Below, one piece after another: positions 39,181-52,779 of a stretch of 64,000 nucleotides of DNA; the stretch's first letter is position 1, and every line of letters starts with the position of its first letter. Position numbers and translations under genes: made by a program. The stretch spans positions 15,314,001 to 15,378,000 of the forward strand of contig JAQFVV010000007.1 of the NCBI GenBank assembly GCA_028023455.1, read 5' to 3'. The stretch is from Epiperipatus broadwayi (taxonomy: Eukaryota; Animalia; Onychophora). The notes below the pieces were generated by a model. It made no database searches and was not told where the DNA came from. It saw only the letters and a program-made list of their open reading frames with translations.

Positions 39181-39581
39181 ACATTCATATGGCTTCACCT
39201 ATACATATATCACAATCACAAAGTTTTTTTAATATTTGTACAATTGTGTAAAATAATTCAAAACTTTTTAACACATGATGTGTAATAAATACTAAGTAAT
39301 TAATTAATGATTGATTACATCAAAGGTCATGTGACATTCAAACCCAGAAGTGAGAGACCAAATGTCAATTGAATTATTTTCCGGTTTCAAGTACATTTCA
39401 CCACTGCACTAAGCAACCTACAAACTAAAATAAATATATTTTTGATTAATTGATCAATGGTGAATCAAAATGTTATTATCAAATTATTTTTTGCTCACGA
39501 GTTTCCATAAAAGTTCACACAAATTTTGAACAGTGGCAAATCCAAGCTCAATTCATGGATTTTGAATCAGAGTCTGCATAC

Positions 39582-39788
39582 CTTTGGACATAAGTGAACT
39601 GCAATCCATGGACCTTAAAATATAGAATCTCCAGCTCTATTCTTGCACTAAACTATGCATGATAAAACATAATCAAATAGTTTACTGTTCAGAAAACCAT
39701 AAAAAAGAACATGAAAAATGATTTCTGGACCATGATAGTCCTTGAACTCCAGAATCTGCCATTCTTCTCCTGGCTCAAACCACACATC
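39582..39788 (-). other. Candidate exon pair (39788-39686 and 39613-39582) joined by a 72-nt intron
   Basis: AG/GT boundaries keep one frame open: DVWFEPGEEWQILEFKDYHGPEIIFHVLFYGFLN|SPWIAVHLCPK, then GTATGC. No family recognised. Confidence 0.25.
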
Positions 39789-40084
39789 CTATCAAAATAT
39801 TGAATTTCCAGATAATAAATACAGTGTCAATGAAATTTTACATAATATTAATAGATTTAGTAGATAGTTTAATCAAATAACAGCATTCTGCTAAGCAAAA
39901 TATTTTGATTTAATTACTGACTGAAATAACAAAACTTACCTGAGAATTTAATGTTTAGGTTTATGTTACAAAAACCAAAAGAATTAGACAGGCTTTAGAG
40001 ATTTTACTAGTTATTAGTAAAATCTACTACGTTTTTTATCACATAAACTGATCAAGATAATTGTAATTTTTTCCATATATATAT

Positions 40085-40320
40085 ATATATGTGTGTGTGT
40101 AACAATAAAAATAATAAATATAATGGTAATTAACTATTATATACAGTCTTTCAATCTGCAGAATTTAATTTAATGGCAGTTGAAGAGGGTTAAGGAATAA
40201 AACAAAAGTACTTCTGTGGAATGAAAGATTGTATATAATAGTTAATTACCATTATATTCATTATTTTTATTGTTATTACAATAGTTTTAATTAACAGACA
40301 TTTTATTTGTATATATATGA
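40085..40320. mobile_element. Inverted pair of family HH-D (left arm truncated)
   Basis: 40101-40161 is inverted relative to 40215-40275. The right arm reads GGCAG-TTGAAGA-GGGTTAAGGAA...AAAAGTACTTCTG. Confidence 0.7.
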
Positions 40321-40494
40321 AAATATTCCAGGTCATATTGCTAGCTGAAAATTAAATAGAAAATATTAAAATCACCATCTCAAATGTTATGATATTTCAG
40401 CAACACCCTTTAAGTCAGCTACTTGCACTTCAGACTTTATTCTTAAATAATGGTTTTATGTAAGTAGCCAACTAAAAAGTAAAAAATCAACAAA

Positions 40495-40716
40495 ATAATC
40501 CACCTCACAGTTAATTTGTTGTTTGTATAAAATATCAGAGAATTTAGACTTGTTATAAAATAATTGGAAATTGCAGGAATATTGTTATTTCATAAAAATG
40601 CTTTTCTGAAATGACAATATATATGCGTGCAATTTCAAATTGTTTTATAACAAGTCTAGATTCTTTAGATCTCTGATATTTTACAAGAGTGGCAAATTAA
40701 CTGAGAGATAGATTAC
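40495..40716. mobile_element. Foldback element with ~85-bp arms
   Basis: CAGTTAATTTG..AAAATATCAGAGA..TAGACTTGTTATAAAA..TTGGAAATTGCA versus its inverse ending GATAGATTAC. Confidence 0.7.
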
Positions 40717-40942
40717 TTTTTTTTTTTTTACTTTTTAGTTGGTTATTTAAGTAAAAGCATTACTTTAAAAAGAAATTTTTTTTGCCATATTATTTTTTTA
40801 CTTTTAGTTATATTTATATATTATTTAATTAAAACTACAAAAAGTCTGACAAAAATTATAATTTAATAATAAGATGTGAAAATAAAAAACAAGTCATCTA
40901 ACAAAGGAATTTTAAATTTAAATATCGTGTGATCACCTGCAT

Positions 40943-41290
40943 CAAGGATCCCCAACCCTATGCCCATGGGCACCATGGCACCCGCAGACCATTTTATGTG
41001 TGCCCACCGCTATCCAAACACGATAAAAAATTATTTACCTGATACAAATAAATTTAATTTTTAAAATTTCTTATAAATTATTGTATTATATTGTAATCAA
41101 ATGTTGAAATTTTATTTTTGAAATAAATATTTTTTTGTACATTATGTGTATTATTAACAATATCCAACTATAAATTTACATTGAAAAAATAAATGGTGCA
41201 CGCCATCTGGTTGAAAAAAATAAATGGTGACTGCCACCTGGCTGGTATTATAGAATGTGCTCTTAGGCGCAAAAAGGTTGGGGACCCCTG
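40943..41290. mobile_element. hAT-family MITE (~350 bp)
   Basis: TIRs CAAGGATCCCCAACC / GGTTGGGGACCCCTG. Flanks ACCTGCAT / ACCTACTG (5/8 match, decayed TSD). Confidence 0.7.
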
Positions 41291-41744
41291 ACCTACTGTA
41301 TAAAAATATGCATGTATCAGATTGTTAATTAAGTTTGAGTTAAATCAATATTAATAAAATAAAAATTTTATTCTACAAATAAAATGTTCCATCAGATATA
41401 TATATTTTTTTATTTTAATTAATTTAATAATGAAATTAATATTAACATAATTTTTATATTACAAATTTAATATTTCTGTTGCCTCAGTTGTTATGGAGTT
41501 TATTTGTCAAGCATAAGTTAAAGTTCTAAACATGAACGTTTTTTTTTTTCATTGTTAATTCAAAAATGTGGACATACAGACCGAAACACAGACAGGGCAA
41601 GTTATAAAAGTATTTAATTATAAAAATTTAACAATATAGACATTAATAAAAAAAAATTTATAAATAATATTAGTGTAGATCCAAAATTCCCAAGAAATTT
41701 TTTTATCTGTATTCTTATTCTTTAGAGAGTCCTATTAAACAAAT

Positions 41745-41973
41745 GAAAAGACTGAAGTGGAGTTGGGCTGGACATATTGCTAGAAGACGTGATAATAGAT
41801 GGACAATTGAAATCTTAAACTAGATTCCAAGAGATTGTAAAAGATCCAGAAAGAGACCACATGTGAGATGGATGGATGAAATAAGAAAATGTGCAGGAGT
41901 GATGTGAAAAAGAGAAGCTAAATATCGGAGAAGACCTTCATCCTGCAGTGGATTGGTAATGGATGATGATGAT
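41745..41973 (+). mobile_element. 5'-truncated RTE copy (3' end)
   Basis: High identity to 14345-14590, with a (GAT)n tail. Confidence 0.92.
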
Positions 41974-44900
41974 AGGCTAACATATAGATGAGTTTCATTT
42001 ACTTAGCTATTTACAATTTATGAAAGGAAAAATATTTTAAATTCAAATTATAAAAATGTAACAGTGTGGAATTGTTAAAAAAAACACACAACACATTAAT
42101 AAAGAACATTAGCATCCAAATTTGGAAAACGCTTTTTTTTTCTGTATTCCTATTCTCTAGGACCATTGTGGAATATATTTCATTGTTTTAAGCTTAAAAT
42201 AGATAAATATTTTTTCATTCTCAGCTTTAAAATATATAATTATTTAATATATAAAAGCATTTTTATGAACTTAAATTGAATCCACCTGGTATCCACCCAC
42301 AATAGGTAAATATTGTTAACATCTTTTGATTATCAAATATATTTGAGTTTTTATTAGCAATTCATAAAAATGAAGCTGTGATACTTCTTGAATTTCTATG
42401 TTGCATGCTTAGAGGTTGTAGTTGATAAATATTATTAAAACAATATAGATGGCTTAGAAAGTATTATCTTAAATACCTTCAATTGCGTCATAGGGACCTA
42501 CTGTCATGATTATACTCCGTCATAATTCACTTCAGAAAAATAACACTAACATGCATTGGGATTCTGTGTTTGTGCGGTTGTATTTTTAATTGCAAGCAGG
42601 CATTATACTGATTTCAACCTTTCTTAAATCCTGTTTTCTTTTCATCATTTTTTATCTTTCTATTTTTTTTCTTTTTCTACAGTTACCGTCGTTTTTAAAG
42701 TAACTACTAATAGCGTTAACAATGACGTAAACAATATGTAGATGTTACATATACACGCACATACGTAAATAGAATTATTATTATAAATACACCCATCTTA
42801 ATTTTAATTGATTAATAATCAAAAAAAAGTAATAATAAAGAATAGAATTTTTTATAATATAAATACATTTATTATTATTTAAGTATTGTACTTTACATTA
42901 TTATCACTTATAATATATAAAACCAGGATAAGCTTGATAATTAATGATCTAAATATTATCTCATCTGAGGAAAGACAATTGGAATTCTGATTAATAAATG
43001 CGTATTTAACTTATTAAACGATTATACATATATAGATAAATACGCAGATGTATGTGTTAGACTAAACTGAAAATCTAAATTTCTGGAATGTAAATTGTAA
43101 TTTTAGATCAAATTACATTTCACATTACTGCATTAGATTAACCATAAAAAATTATTTTTAGTCGGGAGGGAGGGGGTGGGGGAGTCAACGATTGTTTAAA
43201 ATGAAATTCTAAATTTTACACACTTTTATGGTTTAGGGTTAATATTTTTTGAGTGAGTCACATTTAATTTCGACCGTTATTTTATCTCCTCCCTTTATTA
43301 AATAAGTTTATTAAAGAGTTGCTTGCAAATAGTATTAAATAATTGTCACTGTATGTACATATTTTTAATGTTTTCCGAATACATGTACAAGCGGCGGTTT
43401 GGTTGGACTACCACGGGGACTCCTGCTTATCCCAGATGATTCATAATTTTGGTTTGGAAAGGCTCGCCCTGTCTGTAGCATTTCATTCTAGTTCTCTACC
43501 AGTATTCAATTTGTACAGACTGCTGTAGAGAACTGAAAGGCCGAAGATTTTCTTGGTAGAGTGCCTTAATTCAATTAAATCAGTGTTCAGATTATCAAAC
43601 TAGCATAGTTAAACTTTTTATCCCCATTTTTCACGCAAAACACGCATTTTTAGGATGACTAAGTTTTTCTATTACAGCCCATCTTGGTTTACATCTGACT
43701 TTAGGAGGAGTGTTTATGAATAATAATTTTTCTTTGTTATCGGGATGTACTGAGATGCAGGAAAATTAGAAAAAAATGCATTTTAACGCAGTGGTGTCGA
43801 AGAACGCCTAATCTCTGAACGTCAAATATTAAAATGTTAATCTACAGAAATTGCTAAAAGTTTTTTTACATAACAAGCAGCGCGTCTTTACAATAATTAT
43901 TTAAATATTATGTTAAGCCTCCCCCTCCCCCCAATCCATCTGTTTTGTAAGTAGCTAATCTATGTTTTAAAAAAAGTTCAGTTTAAAAGAAACTTATATA
44001 ATGTATGTATAGCACTTTAATATTCATCTATATTAGTTTGATAAATAAACCGTCTTACTTCTATTTTTTTGGTAAATTTAAAAATAGACTGAAAATTTAT
44101 GACTGGCAGCTATTTACGAAACTGTTTTTAACGCGTGTTGGCTCTGCGTAGAAAAATACTGACCTATATTTTTGTACTTATTTAAAAAGAAAAAATATAT
44201 TTATATCTGTAATATTGTAAGAGATTGTTTATCAATATAAAAATTATTAAATATCTACATTTTTCATATTTTCCGCACTATTTCTTAGTGGAATAAGCTT
44301 TTTAGATTGTTCTGCATTTTTCTATTTTCATTTCAGAGATATATCACTTTATTCTTTAGAGTCTCCATTATTTTTAATTATGAACTTTTGTTTTTCTGCT
44401 TTTGTTGTTCTTTTACTTTTTTAAAGCTTTCTTGAACAGTTTTAAGTTTTATATTGTTTTGTTGTTGTGGCAGTAGATGTATTATTAGTTTCCTTTTTTT
44501 TTAAAAAAAAAAAGATGGTTGTCAATGATTCTTACTTTTTAATTATTTTGCGTTTCAAATAAGATAAAGATATATCTTATATATGCTTCTAAACTGTATA
44601 ACAGCATTATTAATCATTACTGCGGAAACACTTGAGTCAATCTTGCGGCATTGTTTACGTAAATAATGTGTGCATCTTTTAATACTTGTTATGATCTGAG
44701 TCGTTTATCAACCACGGAATGATTCGGCACTTTGGATGCTCGAAGTTTTTACGAATTCTCGAGCTGTAAAGTCATTCAATTATTTTTGATTAACTTATTA
44801 TTCAAAAGTATAGTTTAGGCAACTTTTTTCAACGGTGTGTTTAAAATTGGTTTTTTTTTTTTTTTCTAACATTTTTTTTCTTTTAACTTTATAGGATTTT

Positions 44901-46084
44901 ATTTTTAATCTAACAAATTCTGACTCGGGAACAAATAAAATAAAATTTAAATTTAGAAAAAAAAAATTCTCCAAAGTAAAAAAAATAAATAAAAATAAAA
45001 TGTTGTTAAACTTAATCATTGCTTTTTAATTCCTAATCGCGCTCACTCTTTTTTTTTAACCTATGTATGTATATATTAATGCTTATTTCTCATTGAATGT
45101 AACTCTTATATTTAAGAGATAATTAATTTTAAGTTAAAAATGTTTTTTATTCTATTAGCCAGTTGCTCAAAAAGTTAAAAACTTCCAATGCCCAGAAGAT
45201 AGGCTGAGTATAGCAATTCCAGTTAATTGACCAAACTGGGATTAATTCTTCTTTTCCCCCTCATTTGGGAATCAATCAAAAACTTTTAGACCTCGAGGCG
45301 ACGACTCTGACCTCTGTCCAAACAATAGTTTGTTTTTAAAAACTAAAAAAAAAAAAAGTAATTAAATTTTTTTTTGAGGTCTAAATAAAAATTGCTATGG
45401 ATCCATTAAGCCTAATTGACAATACCATCTGCGATTGGGAGAACAGATGAGCAAACTAAAAATCTGCTTTCACTCAAATAATTAGAACACAAACATTATA
45501 AGAATACAGACTTTCATATGGCGCATGTACAGAATAGTATGCATATATATTTAAGCAAATTACATCCTTATTTAGTGATTTCAGTATAGTTTTTACTTAG
45601 AAAATGATAAATCGATTTTTTTATAATTTCTGAATGATAAATCAATTTTTAAAATAAAAATCATGAGTTTTTGCAAAGAAACGTACCCACCGCCCCTATA
45701 GTTTTCTTATTTTTTAGTCTTCCGTCCTATTTTATCAATCACCTTTGCCCTGCATGGTTAAGTTTAGGAGTAGAGTGTCAGATTTTGGAATGTAAGATCC
45801 CCAAGCTAATCTCAGTTCTGGTATTTCCAGTACTATATATTTTATAACCTCCTCCGTAATAAAGTCACTTGATTATTTATTTAATTATCTTATTACTCAG
45901 TGTGGCTTATAACACTGATAGAAGGCAGACATATGAGTTGACGATCCATTTATCAGGGCCCAGCTCATTTCTAGTACTAAAACTTCTTATGATTTCCCAA
46001 GTAATAACCCATTTGGTTATTTTTATTCTGCATATATTGGTTCAGTTTTTTTAAAAAAGGTTTTTAATTAACTTATTTTATTTG

Positions 46085-46460
46085 TCACTTATGGATCTGA
46101 GACATGGACACTTAACAAAAGAGCAATGCTGAGGCTTCATACCACTCAATGAAGTCTGGATAGATTTATATTAGCAATCGTGAGAAGGGTTTGAACATAA
46201 AATATAGGGATGAAAGAACAAACATGTATTACTGACATCATTGAAAGAGTTAAAAGACTGAAGTGGAGCTGGGCTGGACATATCAACAAATGGATGATTA
46301 AAGTCTTATTGTAAAAAACCTAGAATGAGACCACAAGTGAAGCTGGATGAATGAAATAAGGAAGTTTGCTGGTGTGATATGAAAAAGTGAGGCTAAAGAT
46401 CATAGAAACTGGATTAAACTTATAGAGACCTTCATTTTGCAGTGGATTAATAATGGTTGA
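46085..46460 (+). mobile_element. Older 5'-truncated RTE copy
   Basis: Aligns to 14175-14582 (TATGGATCTGAGAC.., GAAGTGGAGCTGGGCTGGACATAT, GCAGTGGATT) with deletions. Confidence 0.85.
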
Positions 46461-47865
46461 AAGTGAGATTGCTGATTGGTGCAGTGATAAAATAGCAGAC
46501 TCTGAGGCCTATGGATCATAGCTCAGTTATGTTGGGCACACAAACTTTTAATGAATTCCTGAGCAGTAAACCATTTGGATTATTTTTATTTAGTCATCTT
46601 ATTTTATTTTATGTTTGCTGTATGTATGCATATGTGCAATAATAACGTAAAAGATTTTAAAGTTTATAAGAACTGAAATATTAGAATAAGGAGATGATAA
46701 ATAGTAACAAATTATGGAGAAAAACTAATTTACCTCTTGGTCATAGTATTTTATTGTCTAGTTATACCAATATGGGTCTTAAAAAAATGCATTGCCCTAC
46801 ACATTTAAAAAGAAATCAGTCTAAAATAATGAATTTAGTAAACTTAACTTTTTCGATTGAGACAAACGGGTTCATCAGCAAATAACACAAGAGTTTCTTT
46901 GGGTAATAATTAATGTATTTTCATGCTTTACCAAGAGTTGGAATTCATTCCAAGTAAACCTTGTCTCTTTCTTTTTGATATCTAATCAAAAAGCCTGAAT
47001 AATAATTACCCCCCCCCCCAAATAGCCATAATATAGTCAATATGTTAACCAACTTGTATTGGTCAGCAAGCTAGTTTATCTAACTACTATTACTTTGGAA
47101 AATAATAATCTGAGTTGGTTAAATACTTTCTGGTAACTAAGAATAAAACAAGTAAACAAAAAAATTATAATCTGAAGGATGGTCGAGATGATGTCATGCT
47201 ATGATGGATACTATTTTTATCTAATCAATTGATAAATATTTTAATAATGAGGATAATATTCTATTCAAACATGTAAAGATTTTACCAACTTCATTAATCA
47301 TCTATCAACAAGTTTACTAGCAACACACACACACACACACACGTATATTTCTTAAACTGAAACAGCTCTTTTCTAGATTTTTTATCCTATTTTTACTATA
47401 TCAGTGATAATAATGACAATCAGAAGATATTTTGCTTGGAAAGTCAGGTGATATGCTGAGCTATTCAAATAACTGAATTGGGATTGTTTTTTTTTCATTA
47501 TTTCTTTTATTCAAAAATCAGTTAATGGACTTTTATCCCATAGTTTCCATTAGTACAACACAACACTAAATCACACTGTGCTTGAGGTCATAGCAGATAA
47601 CCATAATATTTCACTGTTGCTTATTCTTTTTAGTTGATAAAATATACTGTAAATGAATTCATTATCTAATTATCAGTGTCAATCTGCTATCTTTAGGAAT
47701 TCTACTATAACAATATAATGTATTGCCAAATTGCTTTCCACCTTTTTTTTAGAGCTGTAATGAAAAAAATCTCTAACTGACAAATTTCCATTCTATTCTG
47801 ACATCTTAAACAGTGTATTTGTACTTGACACATAGTGTGGATTTTTTATTTACTCCAATTTGATC

Positions 47866-48135
47866 TCCAAGTGTCAAATTTTTAGATTCACATTTTTGAC
47901 AGAATCCACTTTAGATAAGTACACTAATGATTATTACTAATCATTTATTAGGCTAGAGATTATCATATCATTTCTAGGCTAGATATAAATTTTAAATTGT
48001 CTTTACTACAAGTTGATCTACAAGGGCCAATCTTTCTGCTCTCACAACTTTAACACCATCCACTTCAGATAAATATATTAGTGATTATTATTAATCATTT
48101 ATTAGACTAGAGATTATAATATCATTCTTAGTTTT
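47866..48135 (+). repeat. Two tandem copies of family P3
   Basis: ATCCACTT(T/C)AGATAA at ~47903 and ~48058; homologous to 10708-10812. Confidence 0.7.
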
Positions 48136-48689
48136 AAGGATAAACATTAAACTCAGTTAAAAATTAGGATATCTGTTCATTTATTAAACATAAGTATCTA
48201 ATATTGTTAATCCACTTGAAGCTTTATTTTTCCAATGATACTTTTTTAAGGTGTAGGTGAAATTTTCCATTCCACCAGAAGATTCTTGAAATATAGGAAT
48301 AAAGAAATCTGAAAAAAATAAATCACTCTAAGATGCATTTTATGCAGAAATAGCATTTTTGGTTGGACCAAATATATATTTTACTTATATATGTGTGTAA
48401 ACAATCTTGTGGTGTAGTTTCAAATTGTGCATGATGAAAAACAAGTCAAGTTCTAATCAAGGTTAGCCAACACATTTAACCATCCAATATTGGTCAGAAA
48501 ATAGATAGCTAGTTATTATATGCAATAATTGGGGGAAAAACACCGACTCTCATAAATTAACACATTTTCTTTTACTGTTTTTCCAAGGGGAGTCGTAAAG
48601 AAGCTTTTTTTTCCAATGGAGGTTTATTCAACAGATTTTTATTTTATTTTTTACCTATTCTGCAAATATAAAAATGTTGTAATATATAG

Positions 48690-49020
48690 TTCTTAAAATG
48701 TTATTTAAAGGCAAGATCGTAAGACCAATCGATAAGTTCTTCAATTTGCTGATGTTAATAGTATAGGGTCCACTATTATGAAAATCACATATTTATTGAT
48801 TGGAAATGTAAAACAAATAAATAGTACAACTCTTTCTAAACGGGTGAACTTAAACATGGTCTTCGTGGAAGAGGTAGACCCTGTTTATATTATAAAGATT
48901 ATCCCAAAGACGAGCCATATTAATTGAGAAAATATGGAGAATAAACAACATCGGAGAGCTATAATTACACACTGTATAAAAGTCTTTCAAAAAGTTTTTG
49001 CACAAGATAAAAAATAGTAT
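48690..49020 (+). mobile_element. 3' remnant of a second RTE lineage (BovB/AviRTE-like C-terminus)
   Basis: Translates piecewise to QDRKTNR*VLQFADVNSI, GELKHGLRGRGRPCLYYKD and HRRAIITHCIKVFQ, matching the WQD..TN.EVL / GEL..G.R..GRP..RYKD pattern. Confidence 0.7.
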
Positions 49021-50782
49021 TTCAGAATATCAAATAAATAGAATAATGGATTTGCATGTTCTATATGTACATATTTGTGATTTACAGATTTGCGTGTACA
49101 ATCAACATAAAATTAAAGTTTATTGCATTGTTATTACTATTTTGTTTTACCTGTTTATCTTTTTTCCCCTATTGAAATAGGAGTTGTAATACTCATATGC
49201 AAATGATTACTATTAATGCTTATATAAAAAGATAATGCAAGAATCTAAAAGTAAAAAAAAAAAATGGAGACAAATTGTTCTTAATTAAAATATTATACAT
49301 TTCCTTTACTTAATTTATAAATTCTCTTTCTATTATTGTTATTTATACATGTTTGTTATTTATACTTATATAAATACGTGTAATATTTAGAATACATATA
49401 TTTTCGGTATTTGTGAATAAGTGCATATATTACCGTAGATGTTCGCACAAGGGTATATTTAAGTATCCAATTATGATAATTTTTTAATTATAAATCAAAA
49501 GTTTTATCGATAATTTTACAGATATAGTGAAAAAATGTCACGTTTAAAATAAAATACTATTTGTCTGAAAACATGTGAATTTTTTCCCGTCTAAAAGAGG
49601 CGGTGTCTCGTTATTCATCCTATTGTTCGGAGTTGACTGCATTATCAGGCTGGGACAGTCGCGGAGAATATTGTTTCTTTGTGGTGACAAAGATTTACAT
49701 AACAACAGTTTGTGATGGGGTCATTCGGCTGACGGAGCGCAGGGGATGTGATTGTTCACTATAGGGAGTGAATCAGAATTTTTGTCTATTGTAGTAATTC
49801 AGCGTGATCGATTTAATATGCAAATACCTGTACTCATTCAACATTATTTTACGTACTCAAGCATATTACGAAATGTTCAGTGTTTTAATTAAAGTACTTT
49901 CAATTAAAGTTTTTTTTTTTTGTAACTTAAAATTATTATTTCAAGATTTTCTGACTTTTGTGGAATAAAGAGCAATTTTCACAGCCGGCTTTATAAAAAT
50001 TTAAATAAGCGCTCAGTAATTTGCGTAGTAGAAATAATTATAGTATCGCAAGATGTTTCTATTACGTGTACAACTTTTGTAAAAAAAGTTAGATAAATTG
50101 TGATGTTTAATTGAAAGTAATCTTTATTCGACTGGGTAAACTTAAAAATATTTTCTAATTGTAATCAGGACTTGGGATTTTTTATTTTATTAGCCCACTA
50201 TCTAAAAGAAAACTATACAATACTAGTGATCAATAAAAAGGTATCTAGAGATTTTTAGCTAGAGAATAAAAAGGACAATAGAAAACTGCTCAAACTCTTC
50301 CAAGTAATAAACCTAGGGAGCAATACCTTCTTTTTAACTATCCTCTACTGGAAAGGGGGAAGGTGTCCTCCCTAGGCAATTTAAATGCTGCTTTATGTTT
50401 ATTGTTTTATCATCTATATTTATTAATTTAAAAACTATTTTAGATTAAAACTTGAAATGATTTTTACAAGAAATCTTAAAACGGGGATGAACTTAAATAT
50501 AATTTTCATAGGACAGATTTCCGTGTGTGTTTAAAAATTATCTCAAAGACATTTAAAACTAAGGCAATGTTGGTTGTCTTTTTATATGGTCGAAGATATA
50601 ACAGACTTTAGAATATATTGGAGACCTACAATTAGATTCTTACAAAACTTCCAGAAAGAAGAGTTTTCTGCCGAAATTAAAAAACAGTTATCGCAAAATA
50701 TTAAATATGAGTAATGGACCATTGTGTCGTTTATATGGGCATATTTATTTTTCACTGATCTGTTTGTATATAGATTGGCGTG

Positions 50783-50950
50783 GAGATTGTAAAAGACCCA
50801 GAAAGAGACCACATGTGAGATGAATGGATGAAATAAGAAAGTGTGCAGGGGTAATATGAAGAAGAGAAGCTAAAGATCGGAGAAGATAAACTGAACTTGG
50901 ATGGACCTTCCTCATGCAGTGGATTGATAATGGCTAATGATTAATGATGT
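50783..50950 (+). mobile_element. Short RTE 3' fragment
   Basis: Matches 14429-14585. Confidence 0.9.
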
Positions 50951-51235
50951 AATCATCACAAAATTCATTGTTTTATCGTGCATTTTCTTTCTTTGGAATT
51001 TCTTTACAATTTTTGCTGATACTAATGTGTCATTATAATCTTTTTCTGGCATTCTCTTTTAGATAACTGATATTTTCTTGTGTTTCTTGCAAAAATAAAA
51101 AGGTTGGTAAATCAATATAAAGAATTCTATCCAAATTGCAGAATATTTACTTGGCCATAGCTTTGACGCTGGCAAAACTTCTACTATTTTACGAGAATGT
51201 TTGATGATTGTTTTCTCCAGTCCAGTTTGAATTGA

Positions 51236-52065
51236 CATGCTGCAAGAAGTATTTTGTGGATTAAAATGGGAAACGAAAGGAGTGAAAGTAAATGAAGATT
51301 ATTTAAGTCATTTAGATTTTGCAGATGATGTTGTTTTTGAAAATAATGCTTTAGAGCTGCAGGAAATGTTGCAGGAGTTATCAGATGAGAGTAGAAAAGT
51401 AGGACTAAAGATAAATGTTAAAAATACTAAAATGTTTAATGGATTTTCTCAAAATATGAAAATAAAGATTATTATGATGAGTTAAAAAAAGTTAACAGTT
51501 ACAAATACTTGGTCAGATTATTAATACAGATGGAAACATAATGGATGAAATTAATCATAGAATTAAACTTGGCTGGATTGGTTTTGGTAAAAATAACTTG
51601 ATACTAAAAGGAAATATTCCTATATGTTTGAAAAGGAAGATTTTTAATAAATGTGTTTTACCAGTTCTTACTTATGGATCTGAGACTTGGACACTTAATA
51701 GAAGAGCAATAAAGTCTTCAGACCACTCTAAGAAGTATGGAGAGATGCATGTTGAGAATAACAAAAAGAGATCAAAAATGCAATATATGGAAGAGAACAA
51801 ACATGTTACTGACCTTGTTGAAAAAATTAGAAGTCTGAAGTGGAGTTGGGTTGGTCATATTGAATAGAAGAGATGATAATAGATGGACAATTGAAATCTT
51901 AAACTGGATTCCAAGAGATTGTAACAGATCCAGCAAGAGACCACATATGAGATGGATGGATGAAATAAGAAAGTGTGCAGGGGTGATGTGGAGAAGATGG
52001 ATTGAACTTGGAGAGACTTTCATTATGCAATGGATTGATAATAGTTGATGATGATGATGATTATG
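51236..52065 (+). mobile_element. 5'-truncated RTE copy (~830 bp, RT C-terminal half)
   Basis: Broken ORFs with HLDFADDVV, LPVLTYGSETW and WSWVGHI; (GAT)n tail. Confidence 0.95.
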
Positions 52066-52238
52066 ATCAATTATTGCTAACATTACAAAAATGAATAAAA
52101 ACAATAAGAATAATAAATATATATATATATAAAGTTAGAAAAGATTATTAAAAAAATAATAATTAAACTTGTGATTATACCCTTTCTCAAGATGTTTAAA
52201 GGAAAAAGAAACTAATCCAAGAATGGTGTAGGGAAATT

Positions 52239-52292
52239 TACACTACACAAATATTTTGCATTACACAAATATTTTACACTACACAAATATTC
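52239..52292. repeat. 18-bp minisatellite x3 (TACACTACACAAATATTT)
   Basis: Read directly from the sequence. Confidence 0.85.
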
Positions 52293-52461
52293 TCTAGTTT
52301 AATAAATAATTAATAAAAATTATTAGTATATTTCCATTAAATGGTTTGAAGCAAATTTGTGAGGGCAGTAAGTTTGACACTTATCAATTAAGCTGCAATA
52401 ATTTGGCTATCTATATATACTGAACAATAGTAATAATGTATGCAAGAGATTGTGATCTGCA

Positions 52462-52503
52462 TCAACTGATAAGTGCTGTTTCAGCATGAAATGTGCATCT
52501 TGG
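52462..52503 (+). ncRNA. Hammerhead-like motif, family HH-A variant
   Basis: TCAA-CTGATAA-GTGCTG-TTT-CAGCAT-GAAA-TGTGCA-TC-TTGG. The core carries G8A. Confidence 0.6.
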
Positions 52504-52779
52504 GGATCATACATCTTTTTCACATTTCTTTGGTCTTATGTTTGTCCACAAGAAAATTAAAAGTGAATAAAAACCAATCCCTACCTTGTATGAGAGTGGT
52601 GTAGTGAAAATTACATTACAAAAATATTACTCATTAAACTATATATATTGCATTGTTCTTTTAGTCTGTTTATCTCACAGCTTGTGATATTGTTCTTTCA
52701 TTCTTATTTTCTCAACTCTTTGTATAATTGCAATTCTTCATTGTAATTTTTTCATTAACCAAATTCTTACAATGAAAGA

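Noticed and set aside
45765-45830. Additional decayed tRNA-SINE heads (also ~455-490, 36885-36975, 45280-45330, 58860-58925)
   Set aside because: Only vague A/B-box resemblance; too degraded to call by eye.
46845-46885. Minus-strand CTGATGA...CGAAA
   Set aside because: The intervening 17 nt form no stem II.
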